DNA from: a virus
Taxonomy: Duplodnaviria > Caudoviricetes
IMG/VR virus record: IMGVR_UViG_2038011000_000015
Span: 29,145 to 93,144 of that record
Strand: one strand, 5' to 3'
DNA length: 64,000 bases
Positions within the stretch are counted from its first letter, which is position 1. The number at the start of each line of letters is the position of its first letter. Below the pieces are notes generated by a model. It did not search any database and was not told the DNA's origin. It saw nothing but the letters and a program-made list of their open reading frames with translations. Of this stretch, positions 31,595-41,291 are shown piece after piece. The position numbers were made by a program, and so were the translations under genes.

Positions 31595-32424
31595 CCACTT
31601 TCTATGCCGTGCCGATACGCAATACGCGTGTTCGCGTGATCTTCTCCGAACCGATGCAGAAGAACTCGGCTCTAGTGAATCGCATGCAATACGTGGTCAA
31701 TGACCTCACTGGGGCATCGATCAGCGTGTTGTCTGTAACGGCCGAGCAGGCGAGCGGTGTCGTGTCTACGCTGCTCGATCTGGGCATCGCGCTCGTGAGT
31801 GGGCGGCTATATCAGATCCGCGTCAATAGCCAGATAGTCTCTGACGCAGAGGGGCAACCGGTACAGCCCAATACGCAGATCATCCAATGGACGGAGCGGG
31901 AGCTTAGCGTAGAGATTCCCCTACAGCGATTTTCTGGAGAGGTTTCGGGTGGGCTCTACGGTGATGAACGCGAAGCGCAGGTGTTTTTCTCTCCGGCGCT
32001 CGAGGCTTCCGCTCAGGGAAGCGTGATCCAGCTGGATCAGGTGGATGTCTGCACACGGGCGGATGACCAATATATACTTCCGCCACAGTTAGATGCGTTC
32101 CGGCCTCTGCTGGTACACGCGTACAACGAGGATGGCACGTTAGTGCCCCTCGGGGTGCCCGCTACCACGTTGAACGCGACCGATGTTCTATGGGTGCCGG
32201 GCTATCGAGTGGACCCAAGCTTCGCAGTCGGCTGGCGGCTATCTGAAACGATGCCGGCCGTGACGGAGTCTACCACGGTGACCATCTCTACGTGGCCGGC
32301 TGCTCGAGCGTCGATCCTGAATGATCCTAGCTGGAAGCTCTACGATAATCTGGGGGGCTCCTACTTCATTACTGCGGACAACTTGACGCCGCTGCCGCTC
32401 GACGTTGTGACCGTCATACTCTAA
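31591..32424 (+). CDS. Ig-like domain structural protein
   Basis: ATGA overlap. N-terminal RVIFSEPM...YVV resembles the Ig-like units of the upstream gene. Confidence 0.5.
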   Translation: MTTFYAVPIRNTRVRVIFSEPMQKNSALVNRMQYVVNDLTGASISVLSVTAEQASGVVSTLLDLGIALVSGRLYQIRVNSQIVSDAEGQPVQPNTQIIQWTERELSVEIPLQRFSGEVSGGLYGDEREAQVFFSPALEASAQGSVIQLDQVDVCTRADDQYILPPQLDAFRPLLVHAYNEDGTLVPLGVPATTLNATDVLWVPGYRVDPSFAVGWRLSETMPAVTESTTVTISTWPAARASILNDPSWKLYDNLGGSYFITADNLTPLPLDVVTVIL

Positions 32425-32442
32425 CTCTCTTATGAGCGCGCT

Positions 32443-32448
32443 GGTGTA
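32443..32448 (+). promoter_or_regulatory. GGTGTA motif copy
   Basis: Intergenic TGGTGTAG, 23 nt before ATG 32472 (SD AGGGAG between). Confidence 0.5.
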
Positions 32449-32471
32449 GCGAGCGCAGCAAGGGAGAGAAG

Positions 32472-33110
32472 ATGAAGAGTGCCGATAGCATGCCCAACAC
32501 TCAGGATTGGGCCGCAGGAATTTCCGTCCAAAGTGTCTACCGGGAAGATGCTCGATATGCCATCCGCGGGGATGTTTTCTTTCGGATGCATGACGGGGAG
32601 AGCGGAGAGATTCAGCTTGAGCGGCAGCATCGAAACCTTGTTGTGCGGGATGCGTCGATTCTGCTTGCACGTCTGATGAAGGACAACCTAGAGCCGGCAC
32701 ATGGGGTCTTTGCGCTCGCTGTAGGCACTGGGGACTCAGGTTGGGACCTGCAGAGCCCGCCCACCCCGACGACAAGCCTACGGTCGCTCGCCACAGAGCT
32801 AACACGCAAGACCTTTGCGGAGACGAAATTCATCGACGGCGCGGGACTTCCAACGGTCATCCCAACGAACGTTGTGGATTTCACGACGACGTTCGCGGAA
32901 GCAGAGGCGGTAGGACCGCTGGTGGAGATGGCTCTCCTTGGTGGTGATATCTCCAGTGTGATGTCCGAACGCAAGCCAGTCCCCGGCACGTCTTACGATC
33001 CTACGGTTGATTTGACCCAGTATGACACGATGATCAACGTGCTTCGTTTCCCGGTCATCAATAAGCCGCCGACAAGTACGTTGAGTATCACTTGGCGGCT
33101 CACGTTCTGA
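32472..33110 (+). CDS. tail fibre attachment / tail-collar-type protein
   Basis: NLVV...LAVGTG...P....TSL..EL.RK...FTTTF...EA.G...EMAL.GG...FPVINK....L.ITWRLTF resembles the N-terminal baseplate-anchor domain of myophage fibres. Confidence 0.65.
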   Translation: MKSADSMPNTQDWAAGISVQSVYREDARYAIRGDVFFRMHDGESGEIQLERQHRNLVVRDASILLARLMKDNLEPAHGVFALAVGTGDSGWDLQSPPTPTTSLRSLATELTRKTFAETKFIDGAGLPTVIPTNVVDFTTTFAEAEAVGPLVEMALLGGDISSVMSERKPVPGTSYDPTVDLTQYDTMINVLRFPVINKPPTSTLSITWRLTF

Positions 33111-33130
33111 CGGGAGAGGAAGGCACACCA

Positions 33131-34969
33131 ATGCCATCGAATCGAGATCCTGTAAGCACGGTACAGCCAGGCGGCGGCATAGAACCCGACTCTCAGCACG
33201 TTCCTGTACCAGCCTCGACTCAAGCTTCGCGCATTACTGTGGAGTCTCCCGGCACATGGGCGGATGGCACAGCAGTTCCTGGAGGAGGGCTGCAGGGGGT
33301 GCTCGCTGCGATCGTATATTCGCTGAAGGTATTTGGCGCAAACCTGATCTCCGCTGGAAATCGGCCATCTTGGGCTGATGGCACCATCAACACGGTCATG
33401 ACGGTTCAAGAGGCGCTTAGTAAGATCATTCAAGATCTGACCTCGACCGGTGGTGGGAGAGGTGCTGGAAAGCTAACAGCACCAGCGCGGGCCAATTGGG
33501 CGGATGGCACGACAAATCCAGCGACTACAGTCGCGGAGGCGCTGACTAAGATTGTGGCGGATCTAACGTCAACGACAGCTGGATCGAAGTTTGGTGCGGG
33601 AAAGCTGACAGCTCCTGCTTTGCCGAATTGGGCTGACGGGACCGCCAATCCTTCGACTACTATCGCGGATGCTCTTACCAATATTGTTAGCGCGCTAGGG
33701 ACGGCTGCCGGCGGGGGCACTTCCAAGATATACAGTGCCGCGATAATGCGACCTTACTTTAGCACGGCCGCTGGTACGTTACGCAATGTTATCACGGCAA
33801 TCGTGGAGGGGCTATCGGAGACGATTGATTACGTTGGACATGTGGAGGAAACGGCGCTCGATGTATCGAAGAACGTGCACTCCGTATTGGAGCGGTACGC
33901 GTTCCCTGAGGATGTTTTCAGTGATACGAGGTTGGCTGATGCTCTAACGTATGACAAGGAGCTTAACATTGTTGTCGGCCGTCCAAGCTTCCAGGTGGAC
34001 ATAGGGTTGTCGTCGCTTTCCGCTGCGGATCTGTTTAAGAAGTACGTCGCTGTGTCGGATAGTTTGAGCAGTGTGGTGGTGGTCGTTTCTGGCAGCTCAG
34101 CGCGGGTGTCTTCTGATTCTGTGAAGTTCGGGGTCTGGGCGGATAGTCCGTTCACTACTTTTAGTTCAAAGCCGCGCGTTTTTGCTGCGCCCGATAGGCG
34201 CTTTTTTCTGTACGGTACGGCAAATGGAGGGGGCAGCCCGCAGATGGTGATGTCTGTGAATGGTAGCGCTTGGAATAACGTTGGATTGTCGCTCACTAAT
34301 AGCGGTGCGAATGCCGGAATAAGAGCGGTGGCACACGATGCGCTGGGTATCAACTACCTAGCGGTCGACGGCGTCGGGCACTTGTATCGAACTAGTTCGG
34401 CGTCACTTACAAGTTGGGTAGGCGTGACTCCTGCGGCGTCCGGATTGGCCGGCGGTACTAATTTTCAAGATCTAATCTTCGCTGATGGGCGTTGGGTGGC
34501 CATCTCTGATCTGTATGTTTGGACGACCACCGTTGCGAATGGTGCCTCGGGGTGGACCAGAGTTGGAAATGGGCTCGGTCCCATATTGGACGGGTCTAAG
34601 GTGACCTACTTCAACGGGTCGTTCATCATTGGATTGATGTCGCCCCCTGTTACGCTGCGTGTGGTGAGCATGAGAGACTTGTCCTCCGTCCCGACGGATC
34701 GGGCGGAGTATGACGTCACGGGAGGATTCAACTTCATACAAACCGCCGTAGGATTGTACATTGTGACCGATAGAGCAGTCATACGTGTTGTAGGTGACCC
34801 TGAGGTGCCTGCTAACTGGAACATGGTCGTGGATCATCTGGCTTGGCGTAAGACGCCGGTCTTGCTGTCCCCGGTGCCTTCCTTGCCAGTTCTAGAAAGA
34901 CCGAAGCTCAACTTGTTGGTAGCAATGAGCAGTGGCAATAGTGTCGTGGATATGACGTATTGGGTCTGA
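33131..34969 (+). CDS. tail fibre-like protein with WADGT repeats and C-terminal beta-propeller-like domain
   Basis: ATG 33131 after GAGGAAGG. Four WADGT repeats, and C-terminal S.NG..W / SW / GWT blade-like motifs. Confidence 0.55.
   Translation: MPSNRDPVSTVQPGGGIEPDSQHVPVPASTQASRITVESPGTWADGTAVPGGGLQGVLAAIVYSLKVFGANLISAGNRPSWADGTINTVMTVQEALSKIIQDLTSTGGGRGAGKLTAPARANWADGTTNPATTVAEALTKIVADLTSTTAGSKFGAGKLTAPALPNWADGTANPSTTIADALTNIVSALGTAAGGGTSKIYSAAIMRPYFSTAAGTLRNVITAIVEGLSETIDYVGHVEETALDVSKNVHSVLERYAFPEDVFSDTRLADALTYDKELNIVVGRPSFQVDIGLSSLSAADLFKKYVAVSDSLSSVVVVVSGSSARVSSDSVKFGVWADSPFTTFSSKPRVFAAPDRRFFLYGTANGGGSPQMVMSVNGSAWNNVGLSLTNSGANAGIRAVAHDALGINYLAVDGVGHLYRTSSASLTSWVGVTPAASGLAGGTNFQDLIFADGRWVAISDLYVWTTTVANGASGWTRVGNGLGPILDGSKVTYFNGSFIIGLMSPPVTLRVVSMRDLSSVPTDRAEYDVTGGFNFIQTAVGLYIVTDRAVIRVVGDPEVPANWNMVVDHLAWRKTPVLLSPVPSLPVLERPKLNLLVAMSSGNSVVDMTYWV
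33257..33720 (+). repeat. four imperfect ~38-42 codon tandem repeats (WADGT..N....(V/I).(E/D)AL.(K/N)I...L)
   Basis: Nucleotide units tgggc(g/t)ga(t/c)gg(c/g)ac recur near 33257, 33371, 33497 and 33629. Confidence 0.75.
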
Positions 34970-34984
34970 GATTTGTTGGTTGCT

Positions 34985-34990
34985 GGTGTA
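34985..34990 (+). promoter_or_regulatory. GGTGTA motif copy
   Basis: Intergenic TGGTGTAA, 19 nt before ATG 35010 (SD AGGAG). Confidence 0.5.
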
Positions 34991-35009
34991 AGCAGCACTT
35001 CAGGAGAAC

Positions 35010-36749
35010 ATGGCCAACCTAAGTAGTCGATTCAAGTGGACCGCTCCTGTGGTAGCGGTGGGGTTAATCTTGCTGGCGACCGGGTTTGGTGTCGCGGCGC
35101 AGCAAAACGAGTGCAAGGCGGTTTTGCTCTGTCCAGGCGACGGCAGTGTTGTCATTGAGGGCAAAGGCGATACCGGGGACACTGCCGCTGTTGGAGGGGT
35201 CGTTGTGTCGGCGGCTCTGAAGCTAGACAAGACCGTGGTGGCGCTCGGCCAAATGATCAATGGAACGGTCACCTATACCAACGCGTCGAAAGCTCCGGTC
35301 ACCCTGAAAACCATCACGATCGCCGCACGCGGACCGGGCGCCACGAACAGCCAAGGGCCGTACACGGATCTGACGCCATCTCAGACCAATGTGACGTTGC
35401 AGCCGAAGGGGTCTGTGACGGTCAAAGCATCTCGGATCTTCTCTGCGAGTGACCGAACCGGCAAGTGGCGAGCCTACGCGACCTACCAAGACGCGAGCGG
35501 GAACTGGCACGATTCCACCACCAACGTGGGCTTTGAGGTAGTTGCGAGCAGTGGGGGCGGCGGGGGGAAGGACGACCCCGTAGTGCCGCCTGTGAATCCC
35601 GTGGCGCCGGTCACGGGCAAAATGACACTTGGAACGCAGGAGTGGTTTGTCACGGGAGGGTCAAACAATTGGGCGGGTACGAACCTGTTCACCCCGAACG
35701 TGAATTGGGCGACCGCGTATTCATCGGGCGCCAACATCTGGAATCCGCAGTTTTTGGCTGAGTTGAACGGGTTTTCGACGTTCCGCCACATGGACACGAA
35801 CGCCGTCAACTGGAGCAAGATCACGAGCTGGAATCAGCGAAAGCTGCCCACTGACCCACGTAATGCAGAGATCTATATCGATGGAAGTAGCCCGCCCGAT
35901 ACAACCGGGATGGCGGTTGAGTGGCAGATAGATCTCTGCAATCGAGCAAACATCGACTGCTGGTTCACGCATCCCTACCTTGCGGATGACAATTACATGC
36001 GGCAGCAGGCGCTGTTGATCAAGGACAAGCTCAAGTCCGGGTTGAAGGTTTACATTGAGCTGTCCAACGAAGTCTGGAATGGGGCCTTTTCGGCCTTTGA
36101 CCAGTCGATCCGTGCGGGGCAACAGGGAGGGCTCCCCGGCAGCAGTCAGTGGTACCAGGGAATTGCTCACGAGATGTATCGCGCGCTGCAGATGTACCAG
36201 ATCTATCAGGATGTGTTTGGGGCCGGAGCGATGGGCACGCGAGTCATCCGTGTGTTCTCCGAGTCGGGCAATCTTGACTTGACTACGCAGGCTCTCAACA
36301 ACGTCTATCGTTCGAGCCGCTGGAATCCAAAGGGCCAGAAGATCGACATGATGGCGCTCGCACCGTACATCGGAAACGGTGTTGATGGCGCCGCTGAGAC
36401 TCTTGAGCGCTGGAAGCGTGATGTAGACTCGAAGGTTAATGGTGAACCCATTCAGACGGCCGTAGAGCAAAACCGCAGCGCTGGGATTCCGCTCCTTGGT
36501 TGCTACGAGGGTGGGATGCATCACCTCAAGAATGCGCACAAGTTTGCTGAGAATCCTATCGCGTACGATGCGTACATGTACATGTTCGATCGCTTTGCCA
36601 CCAAGATGAACGCCCCGTGTAATCTCTACACGTTGCACGGAACATGGGCCACCGGCGGTGCTTGGGGGATGTATAGCAGAGTTGGGCAGCCGCTGAGCGA
36701 AGCACACAAGGCACGTGCTGCGCATGATTGGATGCGAAAACGGCGCTAG
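35010..36749 (+). CDS. secreted glycoside hydrolase-like protein (clan GH-A-type TIM barrel, 'cellulose-binding protein' family) with N-terminal Ig-like domain
   Basis: Sec signal peptide (SRFKWTAPVVAVGLILLATGFGVAA-Q) and a Gly/Pro linker. F.TFRHMD, GMAVEWQIDLCN...WF..P, VYIELSNEVWN (acid/base NE) and CYEGG (nucleophile-like E). Confidence 0.7.
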   Translation: MANLSSRFKWTAPVVAVGLILLATGFGVAAQQNECKAVLLCPGDGSVVIEGKGDTGDTAAVGGVVVSAALKLDKTVVALGQMINGTVTYTNASKAPVTLKTITIAARGPGATNSQGPYTDLTPSQTNVTLQPKGSVTVKASRIFSASDRTGKWRAYATYQDASGNWHDSTTNVGFEVVASSGGGGGKDDPVVPPVNPVAPVTGKMTLGTQEWFVTGGSNNWAGTNLFTPNVNWATAYSSGANIWNPQFLAELNGFSTFRHMDTNAVNWSKITSWNQRKLPTDPRNAEIYIDGSSPPDTTGMAVEWQIDLCNRANIDCWFTHPYLADDNYMRQQALLIKDKLKSGLKVYIELSNEVWNGAFSAFDQSIRAGQQGGLPGSSQWYQGIAHEMYRALQMYQIYQDVFGAGAMGTRVIRVFSESGNLDLTTQALNNVYRSSRWNPKGQKIDMMALAPYIGNGVDGAAETLERWKRDVDSKVNGEPIQTAVEQNRSAGIPLLGCYEGGMHHLKNAHKFAENPIAYDAYMYMFDRFATKMNAPCNLYTLHGTWATGGAWGMYSRVGQPLSEAHKARAAHDWMRKRR

Positions 36750-36808
36750 AACGAGCCGCGGAAGTTCAACGGTCAACCAAATATAGTTGTCTGCTGCGCG
36801 CGCGTTTC

Positions 36809-36845
36809 AAAGGGCTCGGAGGCAATCCTTCGGGTCCTTTCCTTT
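36809..36845 (+). terminator. Rho-independent terminator
   Basis: AAAGGGCTCGGAGG-CAAT-CCTTCGGGTCCTTT forms a 14-bp stem (with GU pairs) followed by CCTTT. Confidence 0.65.
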
Positions 36846-36851
36846 GGTGTA
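36846..36851 (+). promoter_or_regulatory. GGTGTA motif copy
   Basis: TGGTGTAA immediately after the terminator, upstream of ATG 36939. Confidence 0.5.
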
Positions 36852-36938
36852 AGGGCGATAAAGTATCAGTGTCGCAGGGTATGTTGCGGACACTAGGCGT
36901 CCTGCACTCTTTTCTTCGGAGATGGAGATCGTATAAGC

Positions 36939-39900
36939 ATGGACAGTTTCGGACCTGGCGTTTCTCGAGTGTTACAGTCCTCGGCAACGCAGTACCTGAA
37001 GACCATCTGGCAGCAGGGTAAGCCGCCCACGGACTCGGAGCTGAATCTCATTCAGCAACTAGCCAGTGAAGAGACGCAAGCCTCGATCCTCCGTTCGATG
37101 CCTAGCGGGTTTTTGGGCAATGAGACCAATCCGCAGCGAGACTTCGTTACTCATCCGAGTTGGTCAAATCATTTCAGGTTTGGTCCGCAGCGTCCCGGTG
37201 AGGTTTCTCCGATTGTGTGGGCACACGTGAACGGTTGGCTCATTCCGGTGGCCGGCACCAAAACCGGGGCGCCTCCGGGGTCTGCGAACAACACGGACTA
37301 CTCGAATGTGATCGCGCTCGACCCGCCTCCCGGCGCCGCGGGTGATGCGCGGATTGATTTCGTGTTTCTGGAGGTCTGGAAGGCTCGTATTCAGCCAAAC
37401 CCCTCAACGGTCAATAAACCTCTCGCCGGAGGCATCTATAAGTACGGCAATGTTGAGACTGGGTTCGATTTCCTTCCGGATGACCTTGTTGACCCCGCGA
37501 TCGGCTTTGAGACAACACAGCGAGTTCAGATTCAGTACCGGATCCGGGTCGTCAAGGGGCTCGTGAGCTTCACCTCGAATCCTGACGGCTTTGACCCTGT
37601 GGTTGTCAAAGCGCAAGGGGCTGCGGTCGTCCCCACCTCTTTCACGTTCACAAACATGCGTCAGGAGTTGGGAGATCCGGGGCTCTGGCGGGCCGGAGAT
37701 GGTACGCAGAACGCACTTGCGACCGTGGATGGTTACTCCTACGCGATTCCGATCGCTGCGGTGTTCAGGCGCAATACGACAGCCTGGAACGGCAATCCGA
37801 GTCAGAACCTGAACGGCGGTTTCAACCGCAATCCGACCGCTGTGGATCGCACGGCTTTCAAGGTGTTTTCGGGGACGCCCGTTCTGAGCGCTGCAGTATC
37901 GGCGACCGCTACGTCGCTGCCGCTGGTGTCAGTGGCTGATTTACCGTTGCCAGCGAGCCCGGCGACGCCTGTGCTGGTCAAGGTGCGGGATGAGCTGATG
38001 ACTTACTCGGGTTTCGCAGACAACAGTTTGCTGGTGTCCCGTGGAGTTAACGTGGATACCATCCCGCAATCACACCCGGCGGGAACCGTGGTGGAGCTGA
38101 TGTCCGGTCGTCCTGATGGGCTGTTTGCGGATCAGGTGGCCAGTACCGACATTCTTGACCTACGTCACTTGGTCAACCCGAATGGCTTCGACTACCGAGC
38201 GTTGCTTAAGAGCAACCTCGATAAGCTCCTACGTGGTCAGCTGCGAGCCAACTGGAAACTCTCGGGTGCGGGCCCCCGTGGTACCTACGTACACTATCAG
38301 GATCTCATCGGTATGGGCTCCGCTCTCTCGCTGGGCATTACTCGGCTCGATGCACCTGATAATATCCGGATGGTCTTCAGTGACGCAGCGGTTGTGCAGC
38401 CGGTTGAGATCGTGTGTAGACCTCGGCCCACTTCGCCAGGTACGGGTCCCGTAAGTCCGATTTCCGTGAGGGTGGATTGGACGCTGGGTCTCAATGTTAA
38501 TACGACACGTCAGGTTACCAACAGTCGTTTTAGCGCGGGCGACACGCTTGTATTGCCGGTAGCGCAACTACGAGAGGGAATCCCAACGGCTATTGATCAG
38601 GTTCGATGGCTCAATGATGCCACAGGGGATGTGCGGATTCGCTTGGCGGGTGAGACCGATGACCTGCCGACCAGTATGTATTCGGTGACACCCCTTCATC
38701 CGGGACCTGATGACGATTTGACGATCACGTTTGCCGGGTCGTTTGCCGGAACGGCCACCAATCGCAACCTATATATTCGCGCGCATGTAGTGTACGGGCC
38801 AGGACGTGGCTTGTCGCGGCGTCCTGATGTGGTTCACTCGATTTCTTACCTCTCGACGTCGCCTCAGCTCCTAACCCAGCAGTGGGGAGTTCCGCGCAGC
38901 AACAAAGGAGCCCGCGTGCAGTGGGCAGCCTTGTGGAGCAAGTATCGGAAGGAGGCGATCAACGGACTTCTGCCATCAACAACAGAGACGTACGTTGATC
39001 CTGGCAGTAAGACGGTCGTGTTGGCGCCGTTTCGTCGAATCGATTTCCCAGAAACTGTCACGATCGATGGGCGCGGAGCTAACTACGCGTGTCCGCATGA
39101 CGCGAACGGCAACCCGATCCGTATCGCCGGGTCGCCAACCGCGGGAACGATTACCGCCAATGGAAAGACCATCACAGTATCGTCGATAAGCGGTGTCGCG
39201 GTAGGTAACGCTCTGGTGGTCGTCAGTGGTGCCGGTCAAGGGCGTTATACGGTTGCGGAATCCCCTAGCGGCAACACCATTACAGTGGATCGGCCGATTC
39301 GTGCACCCGCGGGTACCATTACGTTTGCGATCTACGTCGCACAAGGGTGTATGCCGCTGTTGACGCCCACTGGGCAACCAAAATGGACTCAGACTGATCC
39401 TTTGAGACTGTTTTGCGGTACGAGAGCAAGCTCCACGGGGCCGGAAACCGCAGCACTCGAATCGATCTATGTATCGTTGCCACGGCATTTGGTGCCAGGA
39501 TGGGGCGAGCTAGCTGTTCCCATTTTGCCAAGCGACACAGATGTCTTCGCGTCTGGCATCAACTTCATGGTGCGCACCGGAGGCTCGATAATAGAAGGTC
39601 AAAAGAACTATGCGGCTTACTACGGTGGCGCGAGCGGTACCAAACAATTTGCCACGTTTAGCCAAACGTTGGCATACAACACCGCGGGGACTTTAAGCAC
39701 TGTGCACTGCGCGGGAATTAGGTTCTTTGCTGACGCGCGGGGGTTGAATCGCAAGGGGCTGGAGTTTCCGCCTTTCTACGGCATCGCGCGCTTGATGGGT
39801 GTGTATCAGGCATCAGATTATGCCGCGAATCTTAGTCCTTTTAGCGATAACCGCGAGCCGTCTAACGCTAGTGTAACCGTGAATCTTTTGCGTCAAGCCA

Positions 39901-41282
39901 TGGGTCCTGATGATGGACCTGTGCTATGGATCGAGACGGACGACGACGGGGATTCAACGTTCATTTTGAATGCGAACGCTATCGATATCTCCCGCGCGCC
40001 GACACCGATAGCGAAATTTGAAGACGGCACTTACGTGGTTGACGCTGTGGTGTTCGGGTTTGACCGCGGAACGTTCGATCTCAACAGGGAATGTCGGCTT
40101 GTCTTGACGCGGCCTGGTGACAGTTCCGCCGGAAGTCGATTTGGCTGGACTAAGGTCGATGGGACTGTAAGCTTTAGCGATAGAGCAGACAACGTCAACC
40201 AGCCCGTTGCGGGACTCGCGGCTGTGTTGCCGGGACCAGCTTCCCCGGCTGACCAGGTAGTCATCAACTATAGCCGGACTGTCTATCAGGGTGACCCGTG
40301 GGGCTCGCAAACCGGCTACATGGACCTTGCATACTCACCGGGACCGATCAGTTCCGAGCACGCTTACCAGGTGGCAAGGATATCGGCGAATGACCCCGCT
40401 GAGCCGAGCAGGCCCAATCAGAAGGTTCTTGAGATACTCGCGTCTACTACATTCACGACCGACCTTGGAACGGGGCGCTTTTCTGGGGACACTACCGAAA
40501 CAGCTTTTGACTTCCGGAATGTAGCCTACGAGGACCAGTCGCCGGCTGTGTTTCCACCCGCGACCAGTGGAGCTAGCCGTCCGAGATCACTTCCCAGCGC
40601 GTTCGTGGCTGCGGATGTAGTGACGGTGAACCCTGAGTACTTGGGATGTACGGAGCAACTACCGTTGGGCGCGCTCTTCCGGGACAAAGACTTCCGCGGG
40701 CAAGCATTTGGCAGCGTGCTATCGACGCTCATCTACTCGGACACTGTGGGGATCGGATCTTCTTTCGGAGCGTTCGCCGACCGCGCGACTGAGGTATACG
40801 CGGTCCCGATTGGTTCGGCGTCAATCTCCGCAGCATCTCCAGGGGATCTCTTGGTGCATGTGGATGGCGAGCAGAATACGACAAATTACGCGCTACTCAC
40901 CAACTACCGGACCTTCCGAGGCGGCTCGGTATTCGTTGCATCCGGGGTGAATCCCGGTGGCATTCTGTCCTTACGAACGCAATCCGCGCTGGCCAAAAGT
41001 GATCGCGTGAACGTCCTGCACGGGTGCGCGATGCTCGTACGTAACGCAGCCACAAACCTCGGAGTGAGTGAGGTCTCTGCAGGGGATGAGCTGATGTTGC
41101 TCATTGTGACGACAGGGCAATGCGCTCCCGGTCAGGCTCCTGGGTTGATTCAAATCGGCACCAACGGTGTAGGAGAGGGCTACTCTGCGGCTGAGCTGTA
41201 TCGGATAGAAGGCCATCCGTTGATTCGCAACCATACTCGTTTGTTGCTCGATCCGTCGTCGATCGTATTGCGTCGTAGCTAG
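36939..41282 (+). CDS. large virion/tail protein with DUF6519/DUF4815-like N-terminus (1447 aa)
   Basis: WQQGKPPTDSELN..Q, FLEVW and ETTQRVQIQYRIRV resemble the N-terminal domain of phage/eCIS fibre-anchoring proteins. The remainder is beta-rich. Confidence 0.55.
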   Translation: MDSFGPGVSRVLQSSATQYLKTIWQQGKPPTDSELNLIQQLASEETQASILRSMPSGFLGNETNPQRDFVTHPSWSNHFRFGPQRPGEVSPIVWAHVNGWLIPVAGTKTGAPPGSANNTDYSNVIALDPPPGAAGDARIDFVFLEVWKARIQPNPSTVNKPLAGGIYKYGNVETGFDFLPDDLVDPAIGFETTQRVQIQYRIRVVKGLVSFTSNPDGFDPVVVKAQGAAVVPTSFTFTNMRQELGDPGLWRAGDGTQNALATVDGYSYAIPIAAVFRRNTTAWNGNPSQNLNGGFNRNPTAVDRTAFKVFSGTPVLSAAVSATATSLPLVSVADLPLPASPATPVLVKVRDELMTYSGFADNSLLVSRGVNVDTIPQSHPAGTVVELMSGRPDGLFADQVASTDILDLRHLVNPNGFDYRALLKSNLDKLLRGQLRANWKLSGAGPRGTYVHYQDLIGMGSALSLGITRLDAPDNIRMVFSDAAVVQPVEIVCRPRPTSPGTGPVSPISVRVDWTLGLNVNTTRQVTNSRFSAGDTLVLPVAQLREGIPTAIDQVRWLNDATGDVRIRLAGETDDLPTSMYSVTPLHPGPDDDLTITFAGSFAGTATNRNLYIRAHVVYGPGRGLSRRPDVVHSISYLSTSPQLLTQQWGVPRSNKGARVQWAALWSKYRKEAINGLLPSTTETYVDPGSKTVVLAPFRRIDFPETVTIDGRGANYACPHDANGNPIRIAGSPTAGTITANGKTITVSSISGVAVGNALVVVSGAGQGRYTVAESPSGNTITVDRPIRAPAGTITFAIYVAQGCMPLLTPTGQPKWTQTDPLRLFCGTRASSTGPETAALESIYVSLPRHLVPGWGELAVPILPSDTDVFASGINFMVRTGGSIIEGQKNYAAYYGGASGTKQFATFSQTLAYNTAGTLSTVHCAGIRFFADARGLNRKGLEFPPFYGIARLMGVYQASDYAANLSPFSDNREPSNASVTVNLLRQAMGPDDGPVLWIETDDDGDSTFILNANAIDISRAPTPIAKFEDGTYVVDAVVFGFDRGTFDLNRECRLVLTRPGDSSAGSRFGWTKVDGTVSFSDRADNVNQPVAGLAAVLPGPASPADQVVINYSRTVYQGDPWGSQTGYMDLAYSPGPISSEHAYQVARISANDPAEPSRPNQKVLEILASTTFTTDLGTGRFSGDTTETAFDFRNVAYEDQSPAVFPPATSGASRPRSLPSAFVAADVVTVNPEYLGCTEQLPLGALFRDKDFRGQAFGSVLSTLIYSDTVGIGSSFGAFADRATEVYAVPIGSASISAASPGDLLVHVDGEQNTTNYALLTNYRTFRGGSVFVASGVNPGGILSLRTQSALAKSDRVNVLHGCAMLVRNAATNLGVSEVSAGDELMLLIVTTGQCAPGQAPGLIQIGTNGVGEGYSAAELYRIEGHPLIRNHTRLLLDPSSIVLRRS

Positions 41283-41291
41283 GGAGGTCGG

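Noticed and set aside
33257-33720. Regularly spaced DNA repeats as a CRISPR array or DGR template/variable repeat
   Set aside because: The repeats are in-frame coding repeats varying mainly at codon third positions. There are no unique spacers, no adenine-specific pattern and no reverse transcriptase in the window.
1-41282. Extracellular contractile injection system / tailocin rather than phage
   Set aside because: The tail module is contiguous and co-oriented with phage-type helicase, primase finger and DNA polymerase genes and shares the same intergenic motif.
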